Assembly (NCBI GenBank): GCA_947624545.1
Contig: CANQKV010000001.1
Span: 1 to 54,725, forward strand
From: an uncultured Alphaproteobacteria bacterium
GTDB lineage: Bacteria; Pseudomonadota; Alphaproteobacteria; CAAHEQ01; UBA3637
Direction of reading: 5' to 3'
Length of the DNA stretch: 54,725 nucleotides
Shown here: positions 27,673 through 38,564 of the stretch, in pieces
Layout of the letters: each line of letters starts with the position of its first letter
How positions within the stretch are numbered: the first letter of the stretch is position 1
Program-made: the position numbers and the translations under genes
The notes under the pieces: generated by a model
Database searches by the model: none
What the model was told of the DNA's origin: nothing
The model's input: the letters and a program-made list of their open reading frames with translations, nothing else

Positions 27673-28395
27673 TTAATGCGAATGCACTGCTTCTCCGATA
27701 TAAATACTGGTTAAAATCGTATAAATATACGCTTGCAGAAAAGCAATAAACAACTCAAATAAAATTAACACCCCCACAATCAGCAGAGGCAGTCCGCCGG
27801 CCAGTCCCAGCGAATAAACAAAGCCGGCAATAATCTTCAAAAGAATATGTCCGACAATCATATTCATAACCAATCGTACCGTTAAACTGAACGGTTTGGC
27901 AAGAAACGAAAAAATTTCAATCGGTATAACAACGGGTGCCATAATTAACGGAATTCCCTCCGGTAAGAATGTGCGAAACCATTTCACGCCATGATTGGAT
28001 AACCCGATGCAAATTGAAACAATTAAACCTAAAACGGCAAAGGCGCCGACCGGTGCCAGTTGGCTGGTATATGTAAACGCATACGGAAACAATCCCAAGA
28101 AATTTCCGAAAAACACCATTAAAAAAACCGTTAAAATAAAAGGTAAATAGCGTTCATATCCTTCACCGATACAATCTTTCGCCGTTGTTCGAACAAAACC
28201 GAACAGGGCTTCTCCCACCGATTGCGCCGTAGAGGGAATTAATAATTGCCGCCGCATTAAAAACCACATGATGCCAAAACCGCATAAAACGGAAAGAGCC
28301 ATAAACAAAGAAGAATTCGTAAAGCTCAAATCAATTCCGTTCCATTCAATCGGAATAATGGATTTTACTTCAAACTGGTGCAGCGGACTGCTCAT
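27673..28395 (-). CDS. atpB: F0F1 ATP synthase subunit a
   Basis: A multi-TM protein with LSLTVRLVMNMIVGHILL (conserved Arg in the penultimate helix). The start is probably MSSPLHQFEV at 28395; the ORF track extends to 28437, into atpI. Confidence 0.9.
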   Translation of the reverse strand: MSSPLHQFEVKSIIPIEWNGIDLSFTNSSLFMALSVLCGFGIMWFLMRRQLLIPSTAQSVGEALFGFVRTTAKDCIGEGYERYLPFILTVFLMVFFGNFLGLFPYAFTYTSQLAPVGAFAVLGLIVSICIGLSNHGVKWFRTFLPEGIPLIMAPVVIPIEIFSFLAKPFSLTVRLVMNMIVGHILLKIIAGFVYSLGLAGGLPLLIVGVLILFELFIAFLQAYIYTILTSIYIGEAVHSH

Positions 28396-28403
28396 CTGAC
28401 CGC

Positions 28404-28670
28404 CTACCGTTTCATAGCATACCGAATAACGGACCACAAACCGGCAAATCCGCCGAAAATGGTAAATCCCGCCGTTAATAAAGAGGAGGTGTTGAATAAA
28501 TTATGACATAAAACACCCAACGACAGCCCGATGATAACGCACCCGAACAGGTTTGTAATCATTTCAATCGCCGTTTGATACCCGTGGGTCGGGGTACTGT
28601 TTATTTTTTTTGCGTGTTGTTGCTTTTTCTCGGCAATTTTTTTTGCCAAAGCATCTGTTCTTTTTGTCAT
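28404..28670 (-). CDS. atpI: AtpZ/AtpI-family ATP synthase accessory protein
   Basis: An 88-aa two-TM protein directly upstream of atpB. Confidence 0.7.
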   Translation of the reverse strand: MTKRTDALAKKIAEKKQQHAKKINSTPTHGYQTAIEMITNLFGCVIIGLSLGVLCHNLFNTSSLLTAGFTIFGGFAGLWSVIRYAMKR

Positions 28671-29341
28671 TTTTCCTCCAATTTCTTTTGAACGTCTTTT
28701 AAAATAACCGCTGTATCCGTACCGATAATTTTTGTCGGTGTTTGTTGATTTAAAACAACAATGGTCGGTGTGGCGCGTACAACGTATAATTCGGATAAGT
28801 TATTGCGTTGCTGCATAATTTTCTTGCGTAACGCCATATTTGAAACGCAAGCTTCTATTGCCTGTTCATTTTCGGCGGTTTCACCGGCAAAAGTCGCGAT
28901 GAGTTTTCGCGGTTTCTCGGCATAGGTTAACTCTTGTTGATGCGTAAACATTTTTTCCAGAAACGATTCATAATTTTTCGGATCAATACACCGTCCGTAA
29001 AGAGCGCCCGTCATCGCACGCGGATCATAAGGCATATCAACATAAATCAGTTTTGCCTGATTTGTTTCGACAAAGTTTTTTAACAATTCCGGCAAGACTT
29101 GTTGATGAAACACCGCGCAATGTGAACAACTCATTGAGGAAAAAACATAAATTGTTTTCGGATTGTTTTTATCGCCGAAAACCCTTAAATCCATTGGGTT
29201 TAAATCGGACACAATGTGTGATTTTGCGGTTGAATCGCTTACGGCAGCCGGTGTTTCGTCAGCAAAAACGGAACGTGCTTGTGCGCTCAGACAAATAATG
29301 CCCGTCATTAAAATGCAATGGAGTGTCTTTCGAAAATTCAT
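28667..29341 (-). CDS. DsbA-family periplasmic thiol:disulfide oxidoreductase
   Basis: Has a signal peptide (ICLSAQA), an SCSHCAVFH CxxC active site and a cis-Pro region (ATPTIVV). Confidence 0.8.
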   Translation of the reverse strand: MNFRKTLHCILMTGIICLSAQARSVFADETPAAVSDSTAKSHIVSDLNPMDLRVFGDKNNPKTIYVFSSMSCSHCAVFHQQVLPELLKNFVETNQAKLIYVDMPYDPRAMTGALYGRCIDPKNYESFLEKMFTHQQELTYAEKPRKLIATFAGETAENEQAIEACVSNMALRKKIMQQRNNLSELYVVRATPTIVVLNQQTPTKIIGTDTAVILKDVQKKLEEK

Positions 29342-30063
29342 TATCGTCTGTCGCCGAGAAAGTTTAATAAAAATTGAAACAGGTTTACAAAATCCAAATA
29401 AAGAGATAACGCGCCCGTGACAACAACCACATTTTGTATGTCGGCGTTTCCTTGCGATTGGTAATAAAGTGCTTTTAAGCGTTGCGTGTCATAAGCAATT
29501 AAACCGGCGAAAATACCCACACCCAAAACGGAAACAACAAACGCCATCAATGACGATGCCAAGAAAATATTAACAATCATCGCCACAATAATACCGATTA
29601 AGCCCATTACCAAAAACGAGCCGAAGCCGGTTAAATCACGCTTTGTTGCGCTGCCCCAGAGGCTTAATCCCAAAAAGGAAACTGCCGTAATTAAAAATGT
29701 TTGCACAATGGAAGAGGGGGCATAAACGGTAAAAATGCTTCCCATGGATAACCCGAACAAAGCGGCGAACAACCAAAAGTAAAAATTGGTTTTGGCGGCG
29801 TTTAATTTGCCTGCCGCATTTTGAATCATAAAAATTAAAACGAACGGCGCCAATAAAACAACCCACCCCAACACGGATAAACTTACTTTATCGGGGCGAA
29901 CGGTATAGAGCAAACGCACAAGCGGTTCCTGCGTTGAGGCATACGCCGTTAAGCCGGATAAAACAAGGCTGCCTGCCATATATTGATAGATTTTTCCGAA
30001 AAATGCCCGCAACCCTTCCGCCGGACGTTCAACAGCTTTTGTTTGAGGTAAATTTGTGTTCAT
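29341..30063 (-). CDS. Bax inhibitor-1/YccA-family membrane protein
   Basis: A seven-TM protein with the C-terminal motif YDTQRL...ALSLYLDFVNLF. The ATG at 30063 follows an AAGGAG ribosome-binding site; the ORF track starts at 30081. Confidence 0.85.
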   Translation of the reverse strand: MNTNLPQTKAVERPAEGLRAFFGKIYQYMAGSLVLSGLTAYASTQEPLVRLLYTVRPDKVSLSVLGWVVLLAPFVLIFMIQNAAGKLNAAKTNFYFWLFAALFGLSMGSIFTVYAPSSIVQTFLITAVSFLGLSLWGSATKRDLTGFGSFLVMGLIGIIVAMIVNIFLASSLMAFVVSVLGVGIFAGLIAYDTQRLKALYYQSQGNADIQNVVVVTGALSLYLDFVNLFQFLLNFLGDRR

Positions 30064-30203
30064 CTGATTCTCCTTTAACAAATGGTAAGTTATTATATCT
30101 CATTATACGCAAAATACAAGTTATTTTTTTTAAAAACAAAAAAATAAATGTCTTTACAGTATCTGTAAGGCGATTAAAGTTAAAAATCAAGAAGAAACAT
30201 ATT

Positions 30204-30237
30204 AAAAAAACCTCGCCTTTATGAGACGAGGTTTTTA
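30204..30237 (-). terminator. Rho-independent (bidirectional-looking) terminator after lpxC
   Basis: AACCTCG-loop-CGAGGTT hairpin flanked by an A-run and a T-run. Confidence 0.7.
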
Positions 30238-30254
30238 TTTATTCGGATAAGGCG

Positions 30255-31211
30255 TTACGCCGATACTTTTCGAACGGATTGAAGTAAAGATTCTTCATAA
30301 TCATCTAAATTGACAATTTCATAAGCCGATTTATCCGCCATAAGTTTCCGTAACAATGTATTGGTGTGCATATGTCCCGATTTTACACCCGAAAAACAAC
30401 CGATGATCGGCATTCCCAGTTGATATAAATCGCCGATGGCATCGAGTGTTTTATGCACCACGAATTCGTTTTCGCTGCGTAATCCTTCCGCATTTAATAC
30501 CATATCACCTTCAACAACGACCACGTTATCCAAAGAACCGCCGCGACCCAAACCCATTGAGCGTAACATTTCAACTTCTTGCGCAAAACCGAACGTACGG
30601 GCGTAAGCTACCGATTCTTTAAATGTTCTTTCCGTTAAAACAATGGAATATTCCTGTCGTCCGATAACGCGTGATTTTTTAAAATCAATCATAAAATTAA
30701 CGGATAAATCTTTTTCCGCCGGATATAAACAAACGCAGGCGCCTTTTTGATCATCAAACAACACGTCTTTTAAAATTTTAACGGCTTTTAAAGGGGCATC
30801 TTGTTTCACAATGCCCGCGCATTCGATTAAAGTAACGAAATCATTGGCAGAACCGTCCATAATAGGCACTTCACCGCTATCCAGCTCAATTAAAATATTT
30901 GTAATGCCGAAACCGGCAAGTGCCGCCATTAAATGCTCAATCGTTCCCACCGTAACGCCGTCTTTATTGCCGACACAAGTACACATACGCGTATCAACCA
31001 CCGTTTCATAGGAAACCGAAACCAAATTATCTTTATCGGTTATATCAACGCGTTTAAAAACAATACCGTGTCCGACGGGTGCCGGTTTTAATGTCATATG
31101 TACTTTTTGTCCGCCGTGCAAACCGATTCCGACGCACGGAATGGCGTTCTGCAATGTTTTTTCACAGTTTTTATAAGCGGTTAATGTTTTAATTTCAGCA
31201 ATCATGCTCAC
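30255..31211 (-). CDS. lpxC: UDP-3-O-acyl-N-acetylglucosamine deacetylase
   Basis: Contains GIGLHGG, TIEHLMAALAG.GI.N, VPIMDGSA and HKTLDAIGDL. Confidence 0.95.
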   Translation of the reverse strand: MSMIAEIKTLTAYKNCEKTLQNAIPCVGIGLHGGQKVHMTLKPAPVGHGIVFKRVDITDKDNLVSVSYETVVDTRMCTCVGNKDGVTVGTIEHLMAALAGFGITNILIELDSGEVPIMDGSANDFVTLIECAGIVKQDAPLKAVKILKDVLFDDQKGACVCLYPAEKDLSVNFMIDFKKSRVIGRQEYSIVLTERTFKESVAYARTFGFAQEVEMLRSMGLGRGGSLDNVVVVEGDMVLNAEGLRSENEFVVHKTLDAIGDLYQLGMPIIGCFSGVKSGHMHTNTLLRKLMADKSAYEIVNLDDYEESLLQSVRKVSA

Positions 31212-31389
31212 TCCTTATTTATCAGATTTGTTCACAGATTACTGCCGTTTTTGTTTTTTGGCAAATCAAAACTTATTTCAAAATATTTCAAAACAATTTT
31301 GCCTCTTTATTCGTTTATGTTCAATATATTCGTATATGTTTTTTAAAATAAACTTGACTTGTGACAAAAAATAGTAGAAAGTAAGGACT

Positions 31390-32865
31390 ATGAGTTTAAC
31401 AAACAGAATTCGAAAAGCATCGCAACAATCAAAGATTTTTCGGTATAAAACATACAAAAAAATCGGCTGTGTCGGACATCGCAAAAGTGTTGATCGCATT
31501 ATTATGAGTCTGATGATTGTTTTATTGATTGTCGGTGCTTTTTTCATTATTAAAAGAGATACCTCCACGGTTGATTCGTTAAATTGCTCGCCGGATTGTC
31601 CGATTGAACCCGTTATTAACGAAGAAGCGCAAGAGATTGTTCATTCCGACTTGGGCGATGAAACCGTCATTGAAGAAGAAAATCCCGAATTAAGCATTAA
31701 TGATTTGGAAGATCGCGTTCGGAAACAAACGGCGAAAATTAAAACATTATCGTTAAACAAAAATGAATCGTTTGCATCATTTTTGGCGCGAGCGAATTTG
31801 GCAAAACCCAATCAAACGGGTGTTTTGGAAACACTCGGTGCGTTAATTGATGTGAAATCGCTTAAAAAAGGAACAACGGTTATTTTCTTTTTTGACAAGA
31901 AAAACGATTCGTTTTTAGGTTTGTCCGTTTCGCTGTCGCATGAAGAATACATTGCCGTTATTAAAAATGAAAACGGCGAATTTTCCGCCTCGTTTCAAGA
32001 AGGAGCTCCCGAAACAAAAAATAAACGTGTGGTCGGAAAAATCGAACGCACTTTCAGCGGTTCGGCACAAAAATACGGTGTGCCGAAACGGGTCGTCGAT
32101 CAAATTCTGAATGCGTTGGGGTCGGAAATTAATTTAAGAAACGGTGTTCGCAAAGGCGATAAGTTTGAAATTATTTATTCACAAAAAATAACCCCGGGCG
32201 GATTGGAAATCGATTCTCAAAATCAAGCTTTGTATGTGGGCATAAAAATGGGTTCCAAAGAATATCATCGATACTTATATACCGATAAATCGGGTACGCC
32301 TGCTTTTTATAATCCTTTCGGTCAGCGCGGACAACGGACATTGGAAAAACGCCCCGTTAAAGCCGTTCCGCGCTTATCTTCCCCTTTCGGTTGGCGTGTT
32401 CATCCCGTTTTAATGTATCGCATTTTTCACAGCGGTGTTGATTTGGCATGTCCGCGCGGTACACCCGTTTATGCCGGCGGTGACGGTACCATTGTTCATT
32501 TGGGACGAAAGGGTGCTTACGGTAAATACATTAAAATTAAGCATGCGCCCGGTCTTGAAACCGCTTACGGACATTTAAACGGATATAAAGCCGGATTGAA
32601 AGCCGGATCACGCGTTAAACAAGGCGATATTATCGCTTACGTCGGCTCGACAGGTCGGGCAACCGGTCCGCATTTGCATTATGAAGTGTGGAAAAACGGA
32701 AAAACAACCAATCCGTTTCAAACGCATGTCATTTCGGGAAAGCAGTTAACGGGCTTTGAATTAGAGCAGTTTCAATCTTTTGCGGAAAGTATTAATCCCG
32801 ACTTTCAAAAACATTTGTTAGGAAAATTTCCGCCGATTCCGCCCATGCGCCCGAATAATATTTAA
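31390..32865 (+). CDS. M23-family metallopeptidase (membrane anchored)
   Basis: Has an N-terminal TM helix. The C-terminal domain carries HSGVDLACPRGTPVYAGGDG and GPHLHYEV (HxxxD and HxH zinc motifs). Confidence 0.88.
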   Translation: MSLTNRIRKASQQSKIFRYKTYKKIGCVGHRKSVDRIIMSLMIVLLIVGAFFIIKRDTSTVDSLNCSPDCPIEPVINEEAQEIVHSDLGDETVIEEENPELSINDLEDRVRKQTAKIKTLSLNKNESFASFLARANLAKPNQTGVLETLGALIDVKSLKKGTTVIFFFDKKNDSFLGLSVSLSHEEYIAVIKNENGEFSASFQEGAPETKNKRVVGKIERTFSGSAQKYGVPKRVVDQILNALGSEINLRNGVRKGDKFEIIYSQKITPGGLEIDSQNQALYVGIKMGSKEYHRYLYTDKSGTPAFYNPFGQRGQRTLEKRPVKAVPRLSSPFGWRVHPVLMYRIFHSGVDLACPRGTPVYAGGDGTIVHLGRKGAYGKYIKIKHAPGLETAYGHLNGYKAGLKAGSRVKQGDIIAYVGSTGRATGPHLHYEVWKNGKTTNPFQTHVISGKQLTGFELEQFQSFAESINPDFQKHLLGKFPPIPPMRPNNI

Positions 32866-33287
32866 TCATTTGTTTCAGATATATCGGAAATCGGTTTTTC
32901 CAAATCGGCTTTCACGCGCGGCGTGTTTAATAATTGTTCGATATATTGAGAAGATTCAAAGCCCGAATCGGATTTAAAAACAATTTCCGGCACAAGACGT
33001 AATCGAATTCGTTTACCGATTTGATAACGAAATACGCCTTTATGTTTATTCAGTAATGTAATTTGTTCATCGGTATCAATATCGCCGATGCCTTGAATAT
33101 AAATGACGGCAAAAGATAAATCCGGCGAAACGGAAACTTCGGTAACCATAATGTAAGGCGACTTTAAACCGGCAATAAATAAATTATCCGCCATCAGCAT
33201 TTTGCCGATAACATGCCGAATTTCTTCTCCGACGCGTAATTGCCGTTGTGACGGTTCTTTTGTCTGCCCTTTTTGAATGTGTGCCAT
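32862..33287 (-). CDS. rbfA: 30S ribosome-binding factor RbfA
   Basis: Contains QRQLRVGEEIRHVIGKML, VTEVSVSPDLSFA.IY. and synteny downstream of infB. Confidence 0.9.
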   Translation of the reverse strand: MAHIQKGQTKEPSQRQLRVGEEIRHVIGKMLMADNLFIAGLKSPYIMVTEVSVSPDLSFAVIYIQGIGDIDTDEQITLLNKHKGVFRYQIGKRIRLRLVPEIVFKSDSGFESSQYIEQLLNTPRVKADLEKPISDISETND

Positions 33288-33298
33288 TTTTTTATCCT

Positions 33299-35731
33299 TT
33301 ATGCTTCCTCAAAGTTTAATTTAACGGCAATTTGTTCCATTTCAAAGCATTCAATGGTATCATTCACCTTAATATCATCATAATTATCGAAATTAATACC
33401 GCAATCAAAGCCTTCTTTTACTTCTTTCACATCATCTTTTTGCCGTCTTAATTGATCAATGCTGCCGGTGAAAATAACAACACCGTCCCGCAACAGTCGC
33501 GCTTTGGCGCTCCGACGAATAACGCCTTCCTTGACCATACAGCCTGCAATATTGCCGACTTTGGAAATATGGAAAACCTGTCGAATTTCGGCATAACCCA
33601 AAATCTTTTCGCGCAATTCGGGTTCCAACAATCCTTCAACGGCGCGTTTCATATCATCGGCAACATCGTAAACAATGGAATAATACCGAATATCAACACC
33701 GTCTCTTTTGGCAATTTCCCGAGCGCCCGGATTGGCGCGAACGTTAAATCCGATGACAATGGCTTTTGAGGCTCTTGCCAAAGCAATATCCGATTCGTTA
33801 ATGGCGCCGACAGCACTGTGCAAGACATGTACCTTAACTTCATTGTTGGCAATTTTGGATAAAATACCGTTCAGCGCTTCAACCGATCCCTGCACGTCAC
33901 CTTTAATTAAAACAGGCAGTTCTTTAATTTCGCCGGCTTTAATTTTTGCCAACAAATGTTCCGCCGTACTGATGGTTTTCACTTGCAATGTTTCCCGCGC
34001 TTTTCTTTGACGATACGCGGAAATTTCCCGCGCCCGATTTTCCGAATCGACCACGATAAAATCATCGCCGGCAGCCGGTGTGCCTTGTAAACCGATGACT
34101 TCAACCGGTTCGGACGGCAAAGCTTTATTCACGCGTTGTCCCTTATCGTTAAACAACGAGCGGACACGCCCCCATTCCTGCCCCGAAACAAAAATATCGC
34201 CGACGGATAACGTTCCTTTCTGAATTAAAACCGTTGCAACCGAGCCGCGTCCTTTATCCATTCGCGCTTCAACGACAACGCCTTCCGCCGTTCTGTTCGG
34301 ATCGGCTTTCAAGCCCAAAATTTCCGCCTGCAATAAAATGGTTTCAATCAATTTATCCAGATTCAAGCGTTTTTTGGCGGAAACTTCAACATCCAACACA
34401 TCGCCGCCCATCGATTCGACAACCACATCGTGTTGCAACAAATCGGTTCGCACTTTTTGCGGATTCGCTCCCGGCACGTCAATTTTATTGATGGCAACCA
34501 CAATCGGCACACCTGCCGCTTTGGCATGATGAATCGCCTCAACGGTTTGCGGCATAACGCTGTCATTTGCCGCCACAACCAACACAACCAAATCGGTTAC
34601 TTTTGCACCGCGGGCGCGCATAGCCGTAAAGGCGGCATGTCCCGGTGTATCGATAAAGGTCACCTTTTGATTATCGGGTAACGTAACCTGATAGGCGCCG
34701 ATGTGTTGCGTAATACCGCCCGATTCGCCTTCGGCAACGTGTGCCGATCGCAAGGCGTCCAACAAAGAGGTTTTACCGTGGTCAACATGTCCCATAACGG
34801 TAACAACCGGCGGACGTGATACCATATGTTCGGGATTATCTTCTTCTTTTTTCAAAATATCTTCCACATCGGATTCGGCGACGCGTTTAAACTTGTGTCC
34901 GAGTTCCGATACCACCAATTCCGCCGTATCGGCATCAATGGTTTGCGTAATGGTTACCATCATGCCGAGCTTCATTAAAATCTTAACGACCGTTGCGCCT
35001 TTTTCACTCATACGGTTGGCTAATTCTTGTACCGTAATTGTTTCGGGAATAATGACTTCACGAATGATTTTTTCGGCGGATTTTAATTGTTCTTGATGTT
35101 TTAACCGCTCTTTTTCGTGCGCCCGTCGAATGGAAGCCAATGAGCGCCGTTGATGCGGTACGCCGTCATTATCGTCATCATCATCGCTATCGGATATACG
35201 AATGTTCCGATAAGCATTCATATTCATTTTACTGTTTCTCTTTTCCTCATAAGAACTGCGGTTACGCCCCATTTTATTTTCGTCACTGAACTCACGGTCT
35301 TTTTTGCGGGAAAATGAAGAATCATCGGAAAAATTTTTGCGATCTTCTCGTGTATTTTCTTTCGGTAAGGAAACAATCGGCGTTTCAATTTTGGCGGTTT
35401 CTTCCTGTGCGACTTTGGCGGCGGCTTCTTTTTCTTCCGCTTCTTTTTTCTTTTGTTCTTCTATTTTTTGTTGTTCTGCCAATGCGGCGGCTTTTTCCAA
35501 TTCCCGTTGTTTGGCTTCCTGAATTAAACGCAGTTTTTGTGCGGCATCTTCCGACAGACTTCCGATACTCGGTTCCGGCGTTATCACTCTTTTTTTGCGC
35601 ACTTCCACCTGTACGATATTTGTTTTACCGGCTCCCATATTTTGCCGAACCCGTCCGGTTAAGGAAAGAGTTGATTTCTTTAATTCCAAGGTTTTTCCTG
35701 TTAAGGTAAGCGGTTTTTTTTCTTCCGTCAT
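33299..35731 (-). CDS. infB: Translation initiation factor IF-2
   Basis: Has a GTPase domain ([25 protein letters not shown]) and a charged N-terminal region, within nusA-infB-rbfA synteny. Confidence 0.98.
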   Translation of the reverse strand: MTEEKKPLTLTGKTLELKKSTLSLTGRVRQNMGAGKTNIVQVEVRKKRVITPEPSIGSLSEDAAQKLRLIQEAKQRELEKAAALAEQQKIEEQKKKEAEEKEAAAKVAQEETAKIETPIVSLPKENTREDRKNFSDDSSFSRKKDREFSDENKMGRNRSSYEEKRNSKMNMNAYRNIRISDSDDDDDNDGVPHQRRSLASIRRAHEKERLKHQEQLKSAEKIIREVIIPETITVQELANRMSEKGATVVKILMKLGMMVTITQTIDADTAELVVSELGHKFKRVAESDVEDILKKEEDNPEHMVSRPPVVTVMGHVDHGKTSLLDALRSAHVAEGESGGITQHIGAYQVTLPDNQKVTFIDTPGHAAFTAMRARGAKVTDLVVLVVAANDSVMPQTVEAIHHAKAAGVPIVVAINKIDVPGANPQKVRTDLLQHDVVVESMGGDVLDVEVSAKKRLNLDKLIETILLQAEILGLKADPNRTAEGVVVEARMDKGRGSVATVLIQKGTLSVGDIFVSGQEWGRVRSLFNDKGQRVNKALPSEPVEVIGLQGTPAAGDDFIVVDSENRAREISAYRQRKARETLQVKTISTAEHLLAKIKAGEIKELPVLIKGDVQGSVEALNGILSKIANNEVKVHVLHSAVGAINESDIALARASKAIVIGFNVRANPGAREIAKRDGVDIRYYSIVYDVADDMKRAVEGLLEPELREKILGYAEIRQVFHISKVGNIAGCMVKEGVIRRSAKARLLRDGVVIFTGSIDQLRRQKDDVKEVKEGFDCGINFDNYDDIKVNDTIECFEMEQIAVKLNFEEA

Positions 35732-35734
35732 CGT

Positions 35735-36349
35735 TTATCCTTTCATTGAATCTTGTGTATAAAGGGTTGTTTTTGTTGCTGCCTGTTTTAATTTTTCTGC
35801 CAATTTACTTTTTATTACCAAAAGATGCACCTGTTCCGTCTGCCCCGTTATTTGTCCTAATTCTTCCCGTGACAGAAAAGAAAAAACGGGAAAAGTATCT
35901 GTCGGACGAAACAACTTGTTTTTACCGTTTTCGGCGGCGTCTTGTGCTTCAAAAGCCACACCGGCTTCAAGAGTATTCAAACTTTTTTTCACGTTTTCAA
36001 ACCCGAACACAAGCAATCCCGCCTTGCGCGCCATACCCAATAACGAAAGACAACACGCTTTCAACTCTGTTTCAACCGTATCGGGCAGATTATCGGGTAT
36101 AATTACATTCCGACCTGCGGCTTTATTGAATAAGCGTTTTGAGACGGCTGTTTGCAGAATTGCTTTGTCGGCTTTTATCCACAGACCGGCACCGGGCAGT
36201 CGTTCGGAAACATCAAAGACCAACGTACCCTCGGGCGAAACAACAAATCGAAGCATTTCTTCCCGTGCATAAGTTGTTTTTGTAACCAAACAGACTTTTA
36301 AACCGTTTTCGGCAGCCCGTTTTCGCATCTGTCTATTTTTCGTTTGCAA
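35735..36349 (-). CDS. YlxR (DUF448)-like RNA-binding protein fused to an L7Ae-like domain
   Basis: Contains C.VTK......MLRFV and GAGLWI (DUF448). The C-terminal LGMARKAGLLVFG is an L7Ae/YlxQ-like motif. The gene lies between nusA and infB. Confidence 0.75.
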   Translation of the reverse strand: MQTKNRQMRKRAAENGLKVCLVTKTTYAREEMLRFVVSPEGTLVFDVSERLPGAGLWIKADKAILQTAVSKRLFNKAAGRNVIIPDNLPDTVETELKACCLSLLGMARKAGLLVFGFENVKKSLNTLEAGVAFEAQDAAENGKNKLFRPTDTFPVFSFLSREELGQITGQTEQVHLLVIKSKLAEKLKQAATKTTLYTQDSMKG

Positions 36350-37841
36350 ACCAGTGTTCCCGTGCTTTCATAATTAATGTATTGGCTTCATCTGATGAAA
36401 TCATATCTTCACCCAACACTTCAACCAATTCATCGCCGGCTAAATCGGCTAAATCATCAAGCGTTTTAATGCCGTTCTTTCCTAATTTAGCTAATTTATC
36501 CAAAGACAAACCGTCAAAATGGCGTAAATCATCTTTGATTTTCAATTTTTCCAGTTCTTTTTCCAAATTATCCTGACGCACAATCAAATACGCCTTGGCG
36601 CGATTTTGCAATTCTTCCGCCAATGCTTCATCAAACCCTTCAATGCTTTCCAATTCCGCAAGAGAAATATAAGCAATGTCTTCCACTTTGGAAAAGCCCT
36701 CCTGAATGAGTAAATGTGCCATCATTTCATCAATATCCAATGCGTGCATAAATAAATCGACACGTTCTTTCGTTTCTTTTATCCGATGTTCCGATTCCTG
36801 CGCTTCGGTCATCATGTCGATATGCCACCCCGTTAATTGACTGATGAGTTTAATGTTTTGTCCTCTGCGTCCGATTGCCATGGATAATTGCTCATCGCTT
36901 AAAACAATTTCCACGTTTTTGGATTCTTCATCAATAACAATCTTCAACACTTCATTCGGTGCCAAAGCGTTTACAATAAAGGTTGCCGGATCGGAAGACC
37001 ATTGAATGACATCGATTTTTTCGCCCTGTAATTCTTGAACAATGGCTTGAACTCTCACGCCGCGCATACCGATACAGGCGCCGCGGGCATCCAAAGTGTT
37101 ATCTTTGGACCAAACGGCAATTTTCGCCCGCGAACCGGGATCGCGTGCAACCGCTTTAATTTCAATGGTGCCGTCATAAATTTCGGGGACTTCCGCCGTA
37201 AATAATTGTGCCAAAAATTGCGGATGCGAACGGGATAAAAACACTTGCGGTCCTTTAATTTCCGGACGCACATCCAACACATATGCCCGTAATCTGTCGC
37301 CGATACGATATGTTTCGCGCGGAATTAACTCATCACGACGCAATAAAGCTTCAACACGACCGATTTCCAAAATTAAATTACCGCCTTCAACGCGTTTGAC
37401 AATTCCGTTTATAATTTCGCCTTTTTTGTTTTTCATTTCGTTATATTGACGCAACCGCTCGGCTTCCCGTACCTTTTGAGTAATGACTTGTTTTGCCGTT
37501 TGAGCGGCGATTCGTCCGAAATCCATCGGCGGCAACATATCAACAATTTCATCGCCGATTTTTAAGTTTTTATCCTTTTTTTGCGCATCTGCCAATGAAA
37601 TTTGCGTAAACTCGTCTTCCACCGTTTCCGTTACCGTTAAATATCGTGCCATTTTAATGGCGCCGGTGTTGGGATCGATTTGTGTGCGAATATCATAATC
37701 CGGACCGTATTTTGAACGCCCCGCTTTTGAAATACCTTGTTCCATTGCTTCCAACACATCGGCTTTGGTAATATCTTTTTCACGCGCCAAAGCGTCTGCC
37801 ATTTGAATAAGTTCCGGTCTGGGAAGAGTTGATACTTGCAT
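36333..37841 (-). CDS. nusA: Transcription termination/antitermination factor NusA
   Basis: Has S1 and KH domains (GACIGMRGVRVQAIVQELQGEKIDV, AIGRRGQNIKL) and a C-terminal HhH acidic repeat. Confidence 0.97.
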   Translation of the reverse strand: MQVSTLPRPELIQMADALAREKDITKADVLEAMEQGISKAGRSKYGPDYDIRTQIDPNTGAIKMARYLTVTETVEDEFTQISLADAQKKDKNLKIGDEIVDMLPPMDFGRIAAQTAKQVITQKVREAERLRQYNEMKNKKGEIINGIVKRVEGGNLILEIGRVEALLRRDELIPRETYRIGDRLRAYVLDVRPEIKGPQVFLSRSHPQFLAQLFTAEVPEIYDGTIEIKAVARDPGSRAKIAVWSKDNTLDARGACIGMRGVRVQAIVQELQGEKIDVIQWSSDPATFIVNALAPNEVLKIVIDEESKNVEIVLSDEQLSMAIGRRGQNIKLISQLTGWHIDMMTEAQESEHRIKETKERVDLFMHALDIDEMMAHLLIQEGFSKVEDIAYISLAELESIEGFDEALAEELQNRAKAYLIVRQDNLEKELEKLKIKDDLRHFDGLSLDKLAKLGKNGIKTLDDLADLAGDELVEVLGEDMISSDEANTLIMKAREHWFANEK

Positions 37842-37860
37842 AATATTTTCCTTTCGTTAT

Positions 37861-38358
37861 TTATGATTTTTTTTGAGATGGTTGTTTTTGAATGCCGATA
37901 TCAGTCATCAGCAGTTTTGCTTTTGCGATATTTGAAAAATCAATTATCATTTCGGATTCTTCAAACGCAAACGTTAAACGCATTTGAGATAAATCAAAAG
38001 CGATGATTCGCCCTTTAAATCGTTTACGACCGTTTATTTCCGATACCGTTTCGATTTTGGCGTTTGAACCTTGAAACCGTACAAAATCGGCGGGTTTTAC
38101 CAACGGACGATCAATGCCGGGCGATGAAATTTCCAACAAATATTTGCCGGGGAAGGGATCGGCAACATCAAGCAATGCCGAAACCGTTCGACTGACTTTT
38201 TCACAATCGTTTAATGTCATATCTTTTCGATCAAGCCGCTCTGCCATAATTTGAACGGTCTTCACATCACCGCCTTGCAGAACAATTCTGACAATTTCAT
38301 AGCCCAACGCCGTTAAAGACGGGGCAAGTTGTTCTTCCAGCTTTGTACAAAAATCCAT
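37861..38358 (-). CDS. rimP: Ribosome maturation factor RimP
   Basis: Contains LGYEIVRI, LEISSPGIDRPL and synteny upstream of nusA. The ATG at 38358 follows an AGGAAAG ribosome-binding site; the ORF track starts at 38388. Confidence 0.88.
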   Translation of the reverse strand: MDFCTKLEEQLAPSLTALGYEIVRIVLQGGDVKTVQIMAERLDRKDMTLNDCEKVSRTVSALLDVADPFPGKYLLEISSPGIDRPLVKPADFVRFQGSNAKIETVSEINGRKRFKGRIIAFDLSQMRLTFAFEESEMIIDFSNIAKAKLLMTDIGIQKQPSQKKS

Positions 38359-38564
38359 TTTTCTTTCCTTTTTCGGTTCATTTATCAAAAAAGGCGAGCT
38401 TTTCAGCCCACCCTCACATTATATTATTGAAGATTTATCCTCATTATGCACAAAATTTTAAAAAAGACAAGCTTTTTTTTAAAAAAAACAAAAAAAAATT
38501 AAAAAAGGTTGCAAAATTCAAAAAATTGTGTCACAACAAAAGAAAGAACAAAGAGAGGGAAACT